Source of the DNA: Prasinococcaceae sp. CCMP 1430
Taxonomy: Eukaryota; Plantae; Prasinodermophyta
Direction of reading: 5' to 3'
DNA: 64,000 nt
NCBI GenBank assembly: GCA_013416795.1
Contig: RQSC01000002.1
Span: 472,145-536,144 of the forward strand
Of this stretch, positions 10,778 through 22,671 are shown piece by piece. The first letter of the stretch is position 1. Each line of letters starts with the position of its first letter. Position numbers and translations under genes: made by a program. The notes under the pieces are model-generated. The model was not told the origin of the DNA. It did no database searches and saw nothing but the letters and a program-made list of their open reading frames with translations.

Positions 10778-13700
10778 TCACATACGCGCGCGCGCGTCCT
10801 CGGCATCAGCAGCCAGCACAACCTGGGGGGTGTTCATGGCATTCAGGTTGCCGCTCTCGGTGCCAGCTGAGGGGTCAATCGTGATGTCAATCACTGTGGG
10901 AGAAGCCCGCATCGAAGAGGTCCCATCGCGGGCCCCTGCACGAGCCATCGCCTCGCCGAGCCTTGCACGGAGCTCAGCTGGGTCGCGCGCGCGCACGCCA
11001 ACAGCGCCGAGTGCTGCGCCGAGCAGGTCGTGTCGCGCGCTGAGCTCCGTCGGCGCCGGGTCACGCGAGAAGGGAGGCGGATTGCCCGCGGGCGATCGTC
11101 GATCACCGCCATATACGCCGCCGTTGTTGAAAACCAAAACTACCAAATTTCTCAAGCTGAAGCGCGCAGCCGTCTCCACCTCGCACGCCGAGAAGCCGAA
11201 AGCCGAATCGCCTTCGATCGCGCATACCACGCGCTCTGGGCACTGCAAGGCGGCGGCGATCGCGTACGGAATGCCGACGCCCATGGTGCCCCAGTTCCCA
11301 GCGTCGAGCTTCTTGAGCGGACTCTCATGCTGGAGGACGATGCGGCACATGTCCATGGTGTTGGCACCCTCGCTCACGATGATAGGCTCAGGCGCGACCC
11401 GCGAGAGCACGGAGCGCACCACTCCGAAGGCTGAGAAGAAGCTCATTGGGGACGTGCGCGTGATGTCGCCACTCGAGGGCAGAGGCGTCAGGCGGGCGTC
11501 TAGCGCCGCGCGCCTGCGGGCAGCCTCAGCCTGCAGCTTCGAGCGCCACTCCGTCCGTTGCTTGTTCACCAGCGCCTCCTGTGCAGATGGCCTGCCACCG
11601 TCGTTTTGTCCAATTCGTGCCTGGTTCGCCAAGGCACCGACGACAGCATCGCAATTCTGCGCTATATTGCCAGTGAGGGTCAGCGCATGCACACGTCCGC
11701 CCCGTGACGCTTCGCTCTCCACGCTTGCGTCGCCGCCTGCCCACGCGTGCTTGCTCGCCTCTTTGCAATCAGAGGTGATCAGGATGAAGCGCGCATCATG
11801 GGCGAAAACGGGGGGTCTTCCGAGGCCCAACATCCAATTGAGTTGCCCACCCACGACGACCGCAACATCGCAGCCCCGAAGCGCCGAGCCGCGCGCCGCC
11901 GATGCGCACAATTCGTGCGAGTCCGGCAGCACGCCTTTGCCCATTGGGAGCGGCACAAACGGCGCGTCGAGTGCCTGGACCAGCATGCGCACGGAGCGGT
12001 CTGCACCTGCGCTCATCGTTGAACCAGCGCCAACGCACATACTTGAGGCCTCCTGCCCGACGATGACTGCGCGGCCGCGTCCGTCAGCTATTACTACTGG
12101 TAAGTGCGCAGCAGCACGGTACAAGCGCGGATGCGATGGGAGCGACCTTCATCAGGCAACTGAAAGAGACTCACCGACTGGCCTTCGGCTGCTTCTGAGT
12201 AGCATGGCCGCCTCTCTGACCACTCGTTCGTCGGCGGGTCGCGCCATGGTGGCCTCCACCATGTGCATGCGTCCAACAAGCTCCTCCACAGCGGCAATAC
12301 TTGCATCGCTGCCATCGCGCCTATTCGCGGTGCTTGCTCCAGAGGAGGACGGCTCATCGTCTGCGCTGCCTGGCCGCGGAAAGCGTGACATGAGTAGGTC
12401 TGCAGGCATGTCTATATACGCAGCGTGTGGCACCCCTGGGTTTGTCAGCCCGCCGGTCAGTGACGCCTTGATTGCGGCGTCCACAGCAGCGGCGATGCCT
12501 TCAGGGTGCCTGAAGTGCGGGCGGAGCGCAATGGCGCAGTGCGGGCGCATGAGCGCCAGCTGGTCAAGTTGCTGGAACCCCCCCAGGCCATCCTCATGCG
12601 TGTCGCAAGCACCGGAGAGCACGAGCAAAGGCATGCCGTTCGCACGCGCATGGCACGCCCCCGCAAGGGCGTTCACGGCGCCAGGCCCAGAAACGGTGAG
12701 AAGCGCGGCCGGCACGCCGCTCAGGAGTCCACTCGCACACGCCGCGTAGCCAGCGGCTTGTTCGGTGCGCATGCCGATGAAACGGATGCCCTCTGCTTGC
12801 GCGGCCGTCGCGAGTTGCGTCACGGGGATGCCGACCACCCCGAACATCATACGCACGCCTCCTTTGGCCAAGGCGCGCGCGACGAGCTCATACCCTGAAG
12901 TTCCTGCTTTGGACGTGCGTTCTGCGACAGAAGATGGGCCGTGCGCGCCCTCCCCGGACGCTCCTTGTCCCTGATTTGGCGTCGAGTCCGAGTCGGACGC
13001 GCGCGCGCCCCGCAAAGATTTCGACTGCACATTTTCGCGATGCGAACCGGTGCGCGCGAAATGCGCGGCGACCATGCGCCGCTGTATCTTGCCAGTAGCA
13101 GTGCGGGGCAGCTCATCGGTGATGTGGATGACCTCGGGCACCTTGTGCGCTGCCAGGCGTTCCCGGCAGTGCGCTTGTATGGCTGCTACCGACGTGTCCC
13201 TCTCGCTGGGGCGCAGGACCACGGCCGCGTGCACTCTCTCGCCGTATTTGATGTCTTTGCCCGCAAACGATGCAGCTTGTGCCACCGCGGGCATCGCCAA
13301 CAAGGCCGAATCCACCTCTAGTGGGCTTATCTTCTCTCCGCCGCGGTTGATGAGCTCCTTGATGCGCCCCTCCAGCGTGAGGAATCCGTCGTGGCTCATG
13401 GACCCAATATCACCAGTGCTAAACCATGAGCCTTCGGCCGCCTGGCGCTGCAGATGTGTGACGGCCACGCTGCCGCCCGCGCTGTCCTTGGTCGGCACGG
13501 GGCCAAACCAAACCGCGCGCGTGAAAGACTCAGCATTGGCTTTGCTCGCTGATGGGCCCACGTACCCTGCAAACAGCGTTGCACCTTGGATGCATACTTC
13601 ACCAGATTCGTTTGCCGCCGTCGTTGCATCGTCGCCAGGCAGAAGGTCGGGAGGCGCCTGCGCCAAGGTCGAGGCGGCCAGCATGCGAACGGGGCTTCCA

Positions 13701-15169
13701 GCAACGGCTGAAGGACCGAGCGTGTCGAGGACGCCCACGCGCACGCCGAGGCGCGTGGCACGTCCCACCGTTCCCGGCCTGCGCGCATTGCGAGGCGCGA
13801 GTGGATTTGACGTCATCTGGTGGCACGCCTCCGTCATCGCGTAAGCTTCGCAGACAGTACTGCCACAGAGTGACTCAAGCTCTGCCAGCACCGACGGCGC
13901 GAGCGACGAACTGCAGCTGCGCACGAACCGAATGCGCGACACAGCATCGGCCATGTACCCGCGCTCTGCCGCGGTCGCTGCGGCCGACCTCGTGCGCGCG
14001 AGCAAGATCTGATGTATGGTCGGCACGGCCGTGTACCACGTTGCCGAGCACGCGTCAAAGTCGCGCCAGAACGCCGCAGCAGAGAAACGGCCGCCCGCGG
14101 GCAACGCCACGGCTGCGCGCGCGGCCAGGGGCGCCATCAGGCCCGCCATCAGGCCGTGCACGTGGAACAGAGGCATCACCAAATATGTCGAATCCTCTGG
14201 CCCGATCGAGTACGTGTCCACGATGTTTCGCATGCTGTGCACCATGTTCGCGTGGCTCAAAGGGACTTGCTTGGGTCGCCCAGTCGTTCCTGAAGTGTGA
14301 AGCATGAGCGCAGCATCGGATGGCCGCGCGAGGCGATGGCGGTGGCGCGCGTCTCCTGTGCTTCCAAACGCGTGCAGTGGCTGCAACCACGGCAGCGGCG
14401 TGAGAGGGCGCAGAGCGAGGCGGCTCATCGATGCCGCTTCTTCTGCATGCTTCCCTCGGCGTCCGCTCGCCGTGATGTGCGATGCTCCGCCCGTGGTGGA
14501 AGGGTGCAGCGACGCCCAGTCGTCCCTGAGCACAACCTCAGCCAGGGGCACGTCGGCGGCGTTACAGGGCCCGCGCGCCGCGTCGAGCGTGGCCGCCGCC
14601 GCCCCCGCGCGCTCGTGCTCGATTTTTGATGCGCTCGTTTTGGCGGCACCTGCGAAGAGCATGAGCTTGGGGCACAAGTCTTTGACGTAAAAATCGAACT
14701 CTGCCGCGGTGTACGCTGGGTTGAGCGGGGCGACGGCGAAGCCCTCGCTCCAGGCCGCCAGCATGCCGGCAACGAGCTCGACACCGTTGCGCATGGCAAA
14801 TGCAATGACTGGCGGGCTGCCGGGGCGAAGCATGTCTTCGGCTGCGGGCAGCCCCGTGCGGCCCGAGCGCGTCTCCACGTGGCTTGAGGAAGGCGTGACT
14901 ATCGCGCGCACAGCTGCCCCGAGCTCAGCGGCCGCTGCAGAGAGCTCCGATCGCGTGAGTGCGATGCCACCATCGAAGCCTGCTGCATAGGGAGGCGGTG
15001 AGGTGTCGCTGTTTGGTGCGACGTCATCGATGGCGGGCATGACCCGCACTGCGGGCGATCTCGGCGCGTCGTAGAACCCCTCCGCCAGCCCGCTGCGGCG
15101 GCCGCCGTCGGCATCCGCGACGCCCTCGATGCCCAGCGCGGCGGCGACCGTTGACGCGCCCCCGCGCAT
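10778..15169 (-). CDS. Fusion of oxalate-CoA ligase (AAE3/Pcs60-like) and TPP-dependent oxalyl-CoA decarboxylase/2-hydroxyacyl-CoA lyase, with PTS1; exons 15169-12175 and 12096-10778 (~1,437 aa; alternative start at 15304)
   Basis: Ligase motifs LHTSGTTGRPKQVPLSH, MPLFHVHGL, GGRFSAAAFW, TWYTAVPTIHQI, FVRSCSSSLAP, EAYAMTEACHQMTSNPL, GRIKELINRGGEKISPLEVD, LPRTATGKIQRR. TPP-enzyme motifs MFGVVGIPV, MRTEQAAGYAA, LTVSGPG, SEGANTMD, LDAGNWGTMGVG, EGDSAFGFS...NNGG. Ends ...ARARM*. Confidence 0.92.
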
Positions 15170-15614
15170 GGCAGCCGCAGCGAGCAAGCAGTGAGCAAGC
15201 CCCGCCGCCCGCGCCGGTGCGCCGCAGCGCGCCAGGAATGGCAGGGGAGCGCGGCCACCCCGCGCGCAAAAATGCGCTGCCGGCCGGCAGCGCTGCATTT
15301 TCATGCATATCACCCGTGCCTCCACACGTCAAATTGCACAAGACTTGGTGCCAGTGATGGTGAGGCATGACATGCAGGGGTGCGGGGTGGGGGTAAGGAC
15401 AGCGAGAGGTCGCCAGAGGCGCGCTCACTCTGCGCCAGAGGCGATGCGGCGCAGCAGCACTCACGCGTGGAGCAAAAAATCGTGCATTGTTCCCGTTACA
15501 TTCGCCCCGATAGGGGCCCGCGCGAGAGCCAGCAAGGCGTCTCCCCGTAGAGAGCGCCCGCGTGGACGCAGTCGCACGCGGCACGCCCGACACGTACACG
15601 GCACACCGACCGCG

Positions 15615-16718
15615 TCAGCCTTCCTCCTCCTCCTTGTTGCGCCTGCGCCGCGCGCTCAGCCCGCTGGCGACCTCTTCGACCTCGTCCCACGCCGCAGCAC
15701 ACTTGTCCGGCGTTTCCGCGCAAATCTCGGCGGCGGCGCCCACCGTGCGCTCGAGCAGCTCGGAGTCGGCGGCGCGCTCGGCGCCGCTCGCATCATCGGC
15801 GCGCTCGGCGCTCGAGGCATCGGCCGGCGCGTTGAGCATGCGCTCGAGCGCACCCGCAGTAGCGAACGATCCCGTGGGGACGTCGCAAGCCTCGCCGTCC
15901 GTGCCACAAGGGTCGAGCGCGCGCGTGCCATCGCCGGCACTGAACTTCTCCTGCGCGCGTTTGAGCAGCGGGAGCTGCGGCGTCTCGCGCCGCAGCGCCG
16001 CAGCGGCCGCGAGCTCGGCGCTCAGGTCGGTACCCGCGGCGGCACTGTCCAGCGGAGCAGCGGCGGGGTCCACCTATGCGATCGTGCGCGCGGCGCAGCA
16101 CGCCGACATCGGCGTTGGCGCCAACCGGGCGCATGTCAGCGCGTGCGGCGAGGCGCCACGCGCAGCGCGCGCATCGCCGCGCCGCGGGCGGACGCGCGTC
16201 CCGCACCTCTCCGTCCTCTCGCCTCTGTCTGCGCCTGGCTGCATCGAGTTCTTCGTACGTCTCCCATGCCACCGCACACTCTGGACCGACGCCCGCCTCC
16301 TGCAGCGGGCCGGCGTGGGCGGGGGGATCGCCGTGGTCAGGGGTGGGGGGGATGGGGGTGAGGCGGTGCGGAAGGGAAGAAGGAAGATCGGATTTCCGTG
16401 GTCAGTCGAGGCGCGGTCGCACGCGCCGCTCGCTCCGCGCGGTCGCACGCGCCGCCCGCTGCCGGGCGCCCGGCGGCTGGCGCGGCCAGCGCGCGGCACA
16501 CGCGGCGCACCTTGCACGCCGCGTCCGCCTCTTCCGCGGCGCGTTCGACGTCCGAGTCGCCGACCGTGCTGCGCTCGAAGAGGTTCGCGTAGCGCGCGAG
16601 CTCCTCCTCGATATCCCCCGCGCCGGCCTCGCCCGCGCCCCCGTCGCCCCCGCTGCCAGCCGCTCGCGCCGNNNNNNNNNNCGGGGCGCGGCGGGTGCGG
16701 GTGCGGGGCGGCGCGCAT
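15615..16718 (-). CDS. CP12-like plastid protein with two CP12 N-terminal modules; exons about 16718-16511 (N-gap inside), 16299-16207, 16073-15615
   Basis: Spliced product has DVERAAEEADAACK|EAGVGPECAVAWETYEELDAA and a second AAAEICAETPDKCAAAWDEVEEVASGLS (CP12 C...C-x-x-AWD-x-VEE motif), with an LDPCGTDGEAC Cys pair between them. The phase-0 introns have canonical ends. Confidence 0.7.
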
Positions 16719-16867
16719 GGATGAATTCCCAGCTCGCGCGCGCGCGCGCGCGGGCGCGCCCCCCGCCGAGAGCGAGCAGGCCTCGGAACCACGCAAGGGA
16801 GCCGCGAGCGCATTGGTCATTTCATTTCGACGCAACACAAATTGAAATTTACAAAGGAGAGGGTTAC

Positions 16868-16875
16868 AAACCCTA
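16868..16875 (+). promoter_or_regulatory. Telo-box AAACCCTA in the AT-rich divergent intergenic region upstream of the CP12-like gene
   Basis: Exact plant telo-box octamer followed by CCCCTAACCC. Confidence 0.4.
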
Positions 16876-17069
16876 CCCCTAACCCACCATTTCCGCAAGC
16901 GCGGCTCCCCGGGGTCAAGAAGAAATCGTGGGGCGTTCCCCACAGACGGGGGTTCGGAAAGCAGGACACGACCACGTGCGTGACCGGGCCCCAGTCACCT
17001 GGAAAAAACAGGTGAGGATGGGGTTATGCGGGGGTGGGAAGAGAGCGATAGCGCGGGGATAGCGATAGC

Positions 17070-17918
17070 GTGCGTCCCCGTGCGGGCGGGGCGGGGTGCC
17101 GGCGGCGCGGCGCGCCGCGGCTGGGCCGCGGGCTGCGCGCCATTGACGGGGAGGAGATACAGGGCGATATGAGCCGCCGCTCGCCCAACGACGTGGACGA
17201 GAGCGACCCAGAAGAGCGCGCCATGCTCGATGCGGAGAACGACATGCTCGCGGCCGACCTCGACTTCCTCGAGAGCACGGGGGCGCTCGCGGAGGGCGCG
17301 CAGCAGGAGGAGGTGCGCGGCGCGCGGGCGCGCGGACAGGTGGGGCGGAGTGGGATGGGCGGAGGCGCGCGCGCGCTCGAGGACCCGCGCGCGAGCGTGC
17401 GCGCTCAGATGCGGCCCTGCTGACGCGTCGTCGCCTCCACTCGCGCAACTGACCGACCCCTCCGCCGCCCGTAGCCCGACGACGTCTGGTACAACGTGAA
17501 GCAAGCCATCGACACGTTCCTGCTATACGACTTCGGCGTCATCTGCGTCATTCTGTTGTGGCTGGTGGTTGGAGTGGCGAAGCGAGTGGCGCTGGATGGC
17601 GGCCTCGAGGTGGACGAGCCGGTGGTTGGTCTCTGGCTCACGCTCTGGCCGGTCATCTTCCTTCCGCTGCTGAGCATACACATGGGTACGGCAGCGCGCG
17701 CAAGCGGACGGGCGCACGCACGCCTGCAGACACTTGCGCCTCACGCAACGCACCTATGAACCCCAGTGCTGACGACGGCGGCCACGCCCGCGACCACACA
17801 CCTACACATCTCTCGCGGCACGTTCACGCGTGGGGCATGCACAGGCGCCACGCTGCTGAGTCCCGCCCTCAGCTGGGCGAAGCGGAACGGCTACTTGGGC
17901 GAGAACACGTGGGCATGA
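17070..17918 (+). CDS. Small conserved hypothetical membrane protein, probably plastid; exons about 17070-17312, 17475-17685, 17845-17918; start uncertain
   Basis: Acidic N-terminal part followed by TM segments FLLYDFGVICVILLWLVVGVA and LWLTLWPVIFLPLLSIHMG|ATLLSPALSW; canonical splice sites. Confidence 0.5.
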
Positions 17919-18885
17919 GCGCGCTAGCGAGTGCGAGCTGCGCTGATGCGCTCGGCTGTCGCGTCCGTGAGTTCTTTACTACTGTCATCGGCTGCCACGC
18001 GTCGGCGCGCCTGCCCGTGCGCAACACTCCTCCTCGCGGTCGTGCAGCCTCCTGTGCACTCGCGTGCCTCCTCTTGATGGGAGTGACTCCGGATGACAGT
18101 CCGGTCCTCATCCCGAACATGGACCGCACATGCGTACAAGATCTGACGTTGGGGTCGGCGCGGGGGCGGCAGGCGCAGTTGCGGTCAGGGTTTCATGTTT
18201 TGATATGCGATTCGCACATGAGGAAAAAGCATGCGTATTGAGGTCACTCGCGGGGTCGCGGCGCGGCTGGTCCGTGAAATTCCAGATCGCGTGTCGCGCG
18301 CGCATCTACTGTACCGTACCATGCCCCGCAAAAACAAAAAAATGATGGACCCTCTTGTTGGAGACAGCAACGCCGGGCCGGCGCGCGTCAACCCCATGTC
18401 CGCGGCTCTATCCGACGAGTGCGCAAGGTTAGACTTGAGTGTGGCCATTGCCATGGACGCCATGAACGGCAAGCGCCTCAACAGGAACATGGAGTGTTGC
18501 GCTGATGACGCTGACGTCGACTCCACCAATGATTGCGCATGGGCGGCTAGCAACGTTGGCGGCGGCGTTTGCGTTGCTAGCATTGCGCCGGCAGGCATGC
18601 GCTTCAACATAGGCCTCCGCAGAAAACAAATGAGGGCATGGGTAAGTAGGCCCAACGCCACTCAGGTGTTATCGTGAGGGCCACAACACACTCTCCACCA
18701 CGGGTAACGGCAAAGACACGCGGCGCACCACAAAGCTAATGACCAAATCAAGAGCCAATACACTCCGCAATGACCCAATCGCACGTCCACAAACATGACC
18801 GCAACGCGTCAAGACAAACGAAAATAGATCATATCAAAATCTGCAACGACAAATCGTGCGAAGGGTGGCTGCCACTCGTATTTAG

Positions 18886-21006
18886 TCATTGCATTTCGTG
18901 GCCAAGGCGAGCGCGCTTTGCCAACGGCTGAAGGCTTCGGCACTCGTCAGACTCGCAGCATGTACCGGCGTTGCCATTGCCGTTGCCATGAGCTCCCCCA
19001 TTCTCTTTTGACTCTGTTGGCCGTAAGGGCGGCAATACGACCAGCTTGACGAGCGATCTCATCAGCGCAATCGCACCATTTTCCCGCGCCGCCTCCACAG
19101 TTGCGCCGCGGCCGATGCCCATCGCAAAGCCTCCGAGTATCACCCTGCACGCAAATGGGCAGCTTGAAGCTTCGAGCGTGTGATGCTGCGCGCTCTCGCA
19201 TGCCACGTCCTCTTGAGGATCCATCATGCGGCCCAGGCGTTCCAACAGCGCAAAGGCTTGCCCCCAATACACCTCTGGGACTTGCCCTTTCTTGGCAACC
19301 TCACGCAGGCTCTTGATCACACGGCGATGCTCAGGTGTGAGGGGCTTGATCTTGGAGACATTTGGTGGCGGCTGTGCGGGAGACAGTGCCATATCACTGC
19401 TCCAGCACGCCTTCAGAACGTCCTCAGGCTTGAGCGGAGCTGTTGGCCACGCGCCCTCGATCACTCTCTTCTTTTTGTAGGCTGCCACTGACGTGGAATC
19501 CGGCAGCTGCTCCTCGCCAAAGGGCTTGTCTGCACTGGCTCTCACGGCCTTGCACGCCGGCAGCAGCGTGTTCTCATACCACAAATAAAATTTCCGACGC
19601 GCTTGCTCCAACTCATGGGCCACCGACTGCAGCTCACCATCAATGCGCTCGGGCTTCTTTTTCAGGTTCAAGGGCTGGTAGGGCTCCACCTGGATGATGT
19701 TTGGGCCATCACTCGGCTGCCACACGTCCACGCGGTCATCCAGCACGAAGGTCAACCCATGCGAAAGCGCGCCTGTTGCGTGCCCCCCATGCTCCCTGCC
19801 CATAGCCAGGATGGACTTTGGGGCCGGCAGGTCCCTCGCGCCACCCACCAATGCGTTCAGGTCCTGCACACAAACGAAACGCCTGGGGTCGAGGGCGTCC
19901 TCGATGAGCTCAAGCCTGCGGTCGAGGAGCCGCCACATCTCACGTGCGTAGTTGGGTTCTGCAGTCGTGCAAACGTGGCACTCAAACAAGGCCCTACTGC
20001 CTTCCTCGGTGCTCTTCAGGGTCTCGCGCAGGGACGCCCACGAAGGGCGCAGGTATGCGACCATGCTCGTGTTTCTTTGGTCGGGGATGATGCGGGTGCA
20101 GACGATCTCCTGCTGCGTGACCTTTTTCAGGTCCTCTGTCACGCGCACAATTGGCCGCTTGTCGACATCGCTTGAGAAGCGCGGGCCGACGTCTTCGTGC
20201 ACGCACTTCATGGGCTCCACCTGCCCGTTGCCTGTCTGCAGCAGGATTTTGTCGTCCGAAGTGAAGAGCTCTAACCAGCTCTTGTTCTGCTTTGCCGCTT
20301 CCACCTTGGTGTCGGCCTCACCGCCCGCCTGCAATTTTTCGAGCCTGCTCATAAAGTAGGCCTTGACGAGCGTCTCGTCGAGGTCCAAGATGACGTCGAG
20401 CATCCTCCCCCGCATGAGGTACATCGCGTGAGCGAGCCGGCGTGCGGGCATCTCAAACACCCACCACACGCCCTCACCGCCGCCGCTCGCGCCGTCATCC
20501 TGCGCCTGATCGCCGCCGCCCTCGGCGGTGCTGCCAGGCACCGCCACCGCGCAGCACTCGGATTCGTGCAGTGCCCTGCCGCCGTCCCCAACATCCCATT
20601 CGACGTCCCTGGGCCATGAGACGCGCATCACAGCAGGGCCCTCCCACCCCCCGCGCAGCGCCGCCTGGTGCGCCTGTCGTCCCGCCTGGCTGTTCGTGAT
20701 GAGGGCAGCGATCCACGCATTCCCACCGCCGGCCACGTGCCCCGCTGCGAGCGCGAGCGGCACGTCGGAGCCGATGTTCGGCACTCCGCGCCACTCGGCT
20801 CGTGCGTCTGCGCACGGCTCGAGCCGCAACTCGCCGCTCACTGCGATGCTCTCATGTGCCTCCCCCCACTTGTTGCCGCAGAGCTCGAAAACGCGCTCCG
20901 CGCGCCCCTCGCAGGGGACGAGCCGCGCCGTCCCACCGCCCTCCCGGCCGTCGCTCGCGCCGCGGCCGTCGCCCACCACGAGCTTCAGCCTGACTTCCCC
21001 GCCCAT
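18886..21006 (-). CDS. RNA Pol II CTD phosphatase-like protein (CPL1/CPL2-type, FCP1/HAD family) with a C-terminal dsRBD-like segment
   Basis: HAD motif LDVILDLDETLVKA (20371-20385); FECHVCTTAEPNYAREMWRLLD; FVLDDRVDVW; C-terminal FACRVILGGFAMGIGRGATVEAARENGA. Confidence 0.8.
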   Translation of the reverse strand: MGGEVRLKLVVGDGRGASDGREGGGTARLVPCEGRAERVFELCGNKWGEAHESIAVSGELRLEPCADARAEWRGVPNIGSDVPLALAAGHVAGGGNAWIAALITNSQAGRQAHQAALRGGWEGPAVMRVSWPRDVEWDVGDGGRALHESECCAVAVPGSTAEGGGDQAQDDGASGGGEGVWWVFEMPARRLAHAMYLMRGRMLDVILDLDETLVKAYFMSRLEKLQAGGEADTKVEAAKQNKSWLELFTSDDKILLQTGNGQVEPMKCVHEDVGPRFSSDVDKRPIVRVTEDLKKVTQQEIVCTRIIPDQRNTSMVAYLRPSWASLRETLKSTEEGSRALFECHVCTTAEPNYAREMWRLLDRRLELIEDALDPRRFVCVQDLNALVGGARDLPAPKSILAMGREHGGHATGALSHGLTFVLDDRVDVWQPSDGPNIIQVEPYQPLNLKKKPERIDGELQSVAHELEQARRKFYLWYENTLLPACKAVRASADKPFGEEQLPDSTSVAAYKKKRVIEGAWPTAPLKPEDVLKACWSSDMALSPAQPPPNVSKIKPLTPEHRRVIKSLREVAKKGQVPEVYWGQAFALLERLGRMMDPQEDVACESAQHHTLEASSCPFACRVILGGFAMGIGRGATVEAARENGAIALMRSLVKLVVLPPLRPTESKENGGAHGNGNGNAGTCCESDECRSLQPLAKRARLGHEMQ

Positions 21007-21675
21007 CGCCTCCCGCGGGTAATGGGTGTGTGTGGGGGGGGGGGGGCGGCGGCCCCCTGCGCCGCGCGCCCGCCGAGTGTCTCGCCTCCCCCCTCTCCCG
21101 CACGCACATCGCATTCTCTCGTCTCCCACAGCGCGGCCCTGCCCGCAAACGCACACGCAAACAGCCGCGCCAAATCCCGCCCTCGCGCGCGCTCGCAATC
21201 GCCGGAGTGATCAAGGATTTGATTCGGATTTCCCGAAGTCGCGCGCGAACCGTAGGCGGGCGCCGCAGCGCTGATGACGAGCGTGTGAAAGAAGCAGTCC
21301 CTGTCCCATCAATCGCAACGCATCTGGATGTATGAATCCGTTTCGAGGTCAGATCCACCCACGGGGACACGCTCGAGTATCCGAGCCTGAGACTCTCGAC
21401 CGATGCGAACCGAACTGGAGTCGCGCCGACGGGGAGGCCCGCCCGCACGCACGTGCCAGCGGGGTGCTCGGAGCGGCGGCTGACCTCCTTGCTGGCCGCG
21501 AGGTGGGGGCTGTACACGATGACTGCCTCCTCGAATCGCGCGTCGTCGCGGCGCCACACGTCGCGCGGCGCGCGGGGGAGAGCCAGGGCGCAGGCCGCGC
21601 CATCGATCGATCGCGCGCGTGCGAGAGAGGGGGAGTCGGAGGTAGGGGCCGCGGAGCGAGCGGCCGCGGGCCGCG

Positions 21676-22500
21676 ATGGCGGGCGCCGCCGGCAAGAAGA
21701 GGCTCGCGGAAAACGCGCGAAGGCTCGCGACGCTGCGCGCGATCGTGCTAGGGTGCCTTGCGGCGCACGTCTTGACCAGCTACGTCGTGTTCAGGGCCAG
21801 CACGGGGTGGAAGGACTACGTCTTCACCGTTGTGACAGGTGAGCAGCGCACGGATCCCTGTAACTTGCGAAGGCATGCGAGCCGCGCCCGCATGCGCATC
21901 CGTGCAACCGCACGGGCCGGCTCTCCGACGGCCATTGGTGCTGACCCGCAACGCGCCCCCCACCCACCCACCCACCCACCCACACCCGCACCCACCACCA
22001 ACCTACCCACCCTCAAGGTGCGGCCGGCCTTACCTGCTATTCGATGATAGTGGCGTATGGCCGCCCCAAGTACGCGGTGAATGGCTCCATCGTGGACGCA
22101 GGCGGTGACCTCTCGGCGGGTGGCATGACGCAGTACTACTTCGACGTGGTCTACCTCATGGCTGTCGCTCAGGTGCGTTGGGCGAGCACGCTCTCTCGCG
22201 CGTGCTCGCGCTCTCGCACGCTGGCGTGCGCCTGCTCACCCCACACTCCCTCCCTCGCGTGCGCACGCTGCGCACGTGCAGGTGGGCGGCATCCTCAGCC
22301 GCTGGTTCTGGTGCGTACTTTGGGCGATCCCAGCGTACGCGGCGTACAAGGCGTGGACGCTCGTCATCAAGCCGTACATCTTCACGCCTAGGGAGGGCGA
22401 CGACGGCTACGAGGCGGGCGGGCGGGCGCAGGGCATGAGTAGGAAGGATGCACGCAAGGAGGAGCGCCAGAGGAGAAAGGACGCCAAGCGCCGGGCGTAA
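21676..22500 (+). CDS. TMEM208: TMEM208/SND2-family ER membrane protein (two introns)
   Basis: MAGAAGKKRLAENARRL; GSIVDAGGDLSAGGMTQYYFDVVY; WCVLWAIPAYAAYK; basic C-terminal tail RKEERQRRKDAKRRA. Confidence 0.85.
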
Positions 22501-22671
22501 GCACTGCTGCTCTGTGATCGTGCCCACCTTCGCACAGAGCGCGCCCATGGCCCTGCGCGTTACCCCCGGCGCTCGCTCCCGTGCAGTCCAGCAGCGCTGG
22601 TGGGCGCAGGTCGCGCCCTCCGTGTGCAGCGGTGCGTTTGAATGGGCGCGGCGCATTACAGGAGCATTGAA

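Noticed and set aside
17920-18880. ORFs 18231-18677 (+) and 18185-18661 (-)
   Set aside because: No recognisable motifs or codon bias; more likely UTR or intergenic sequence between convergent genes.
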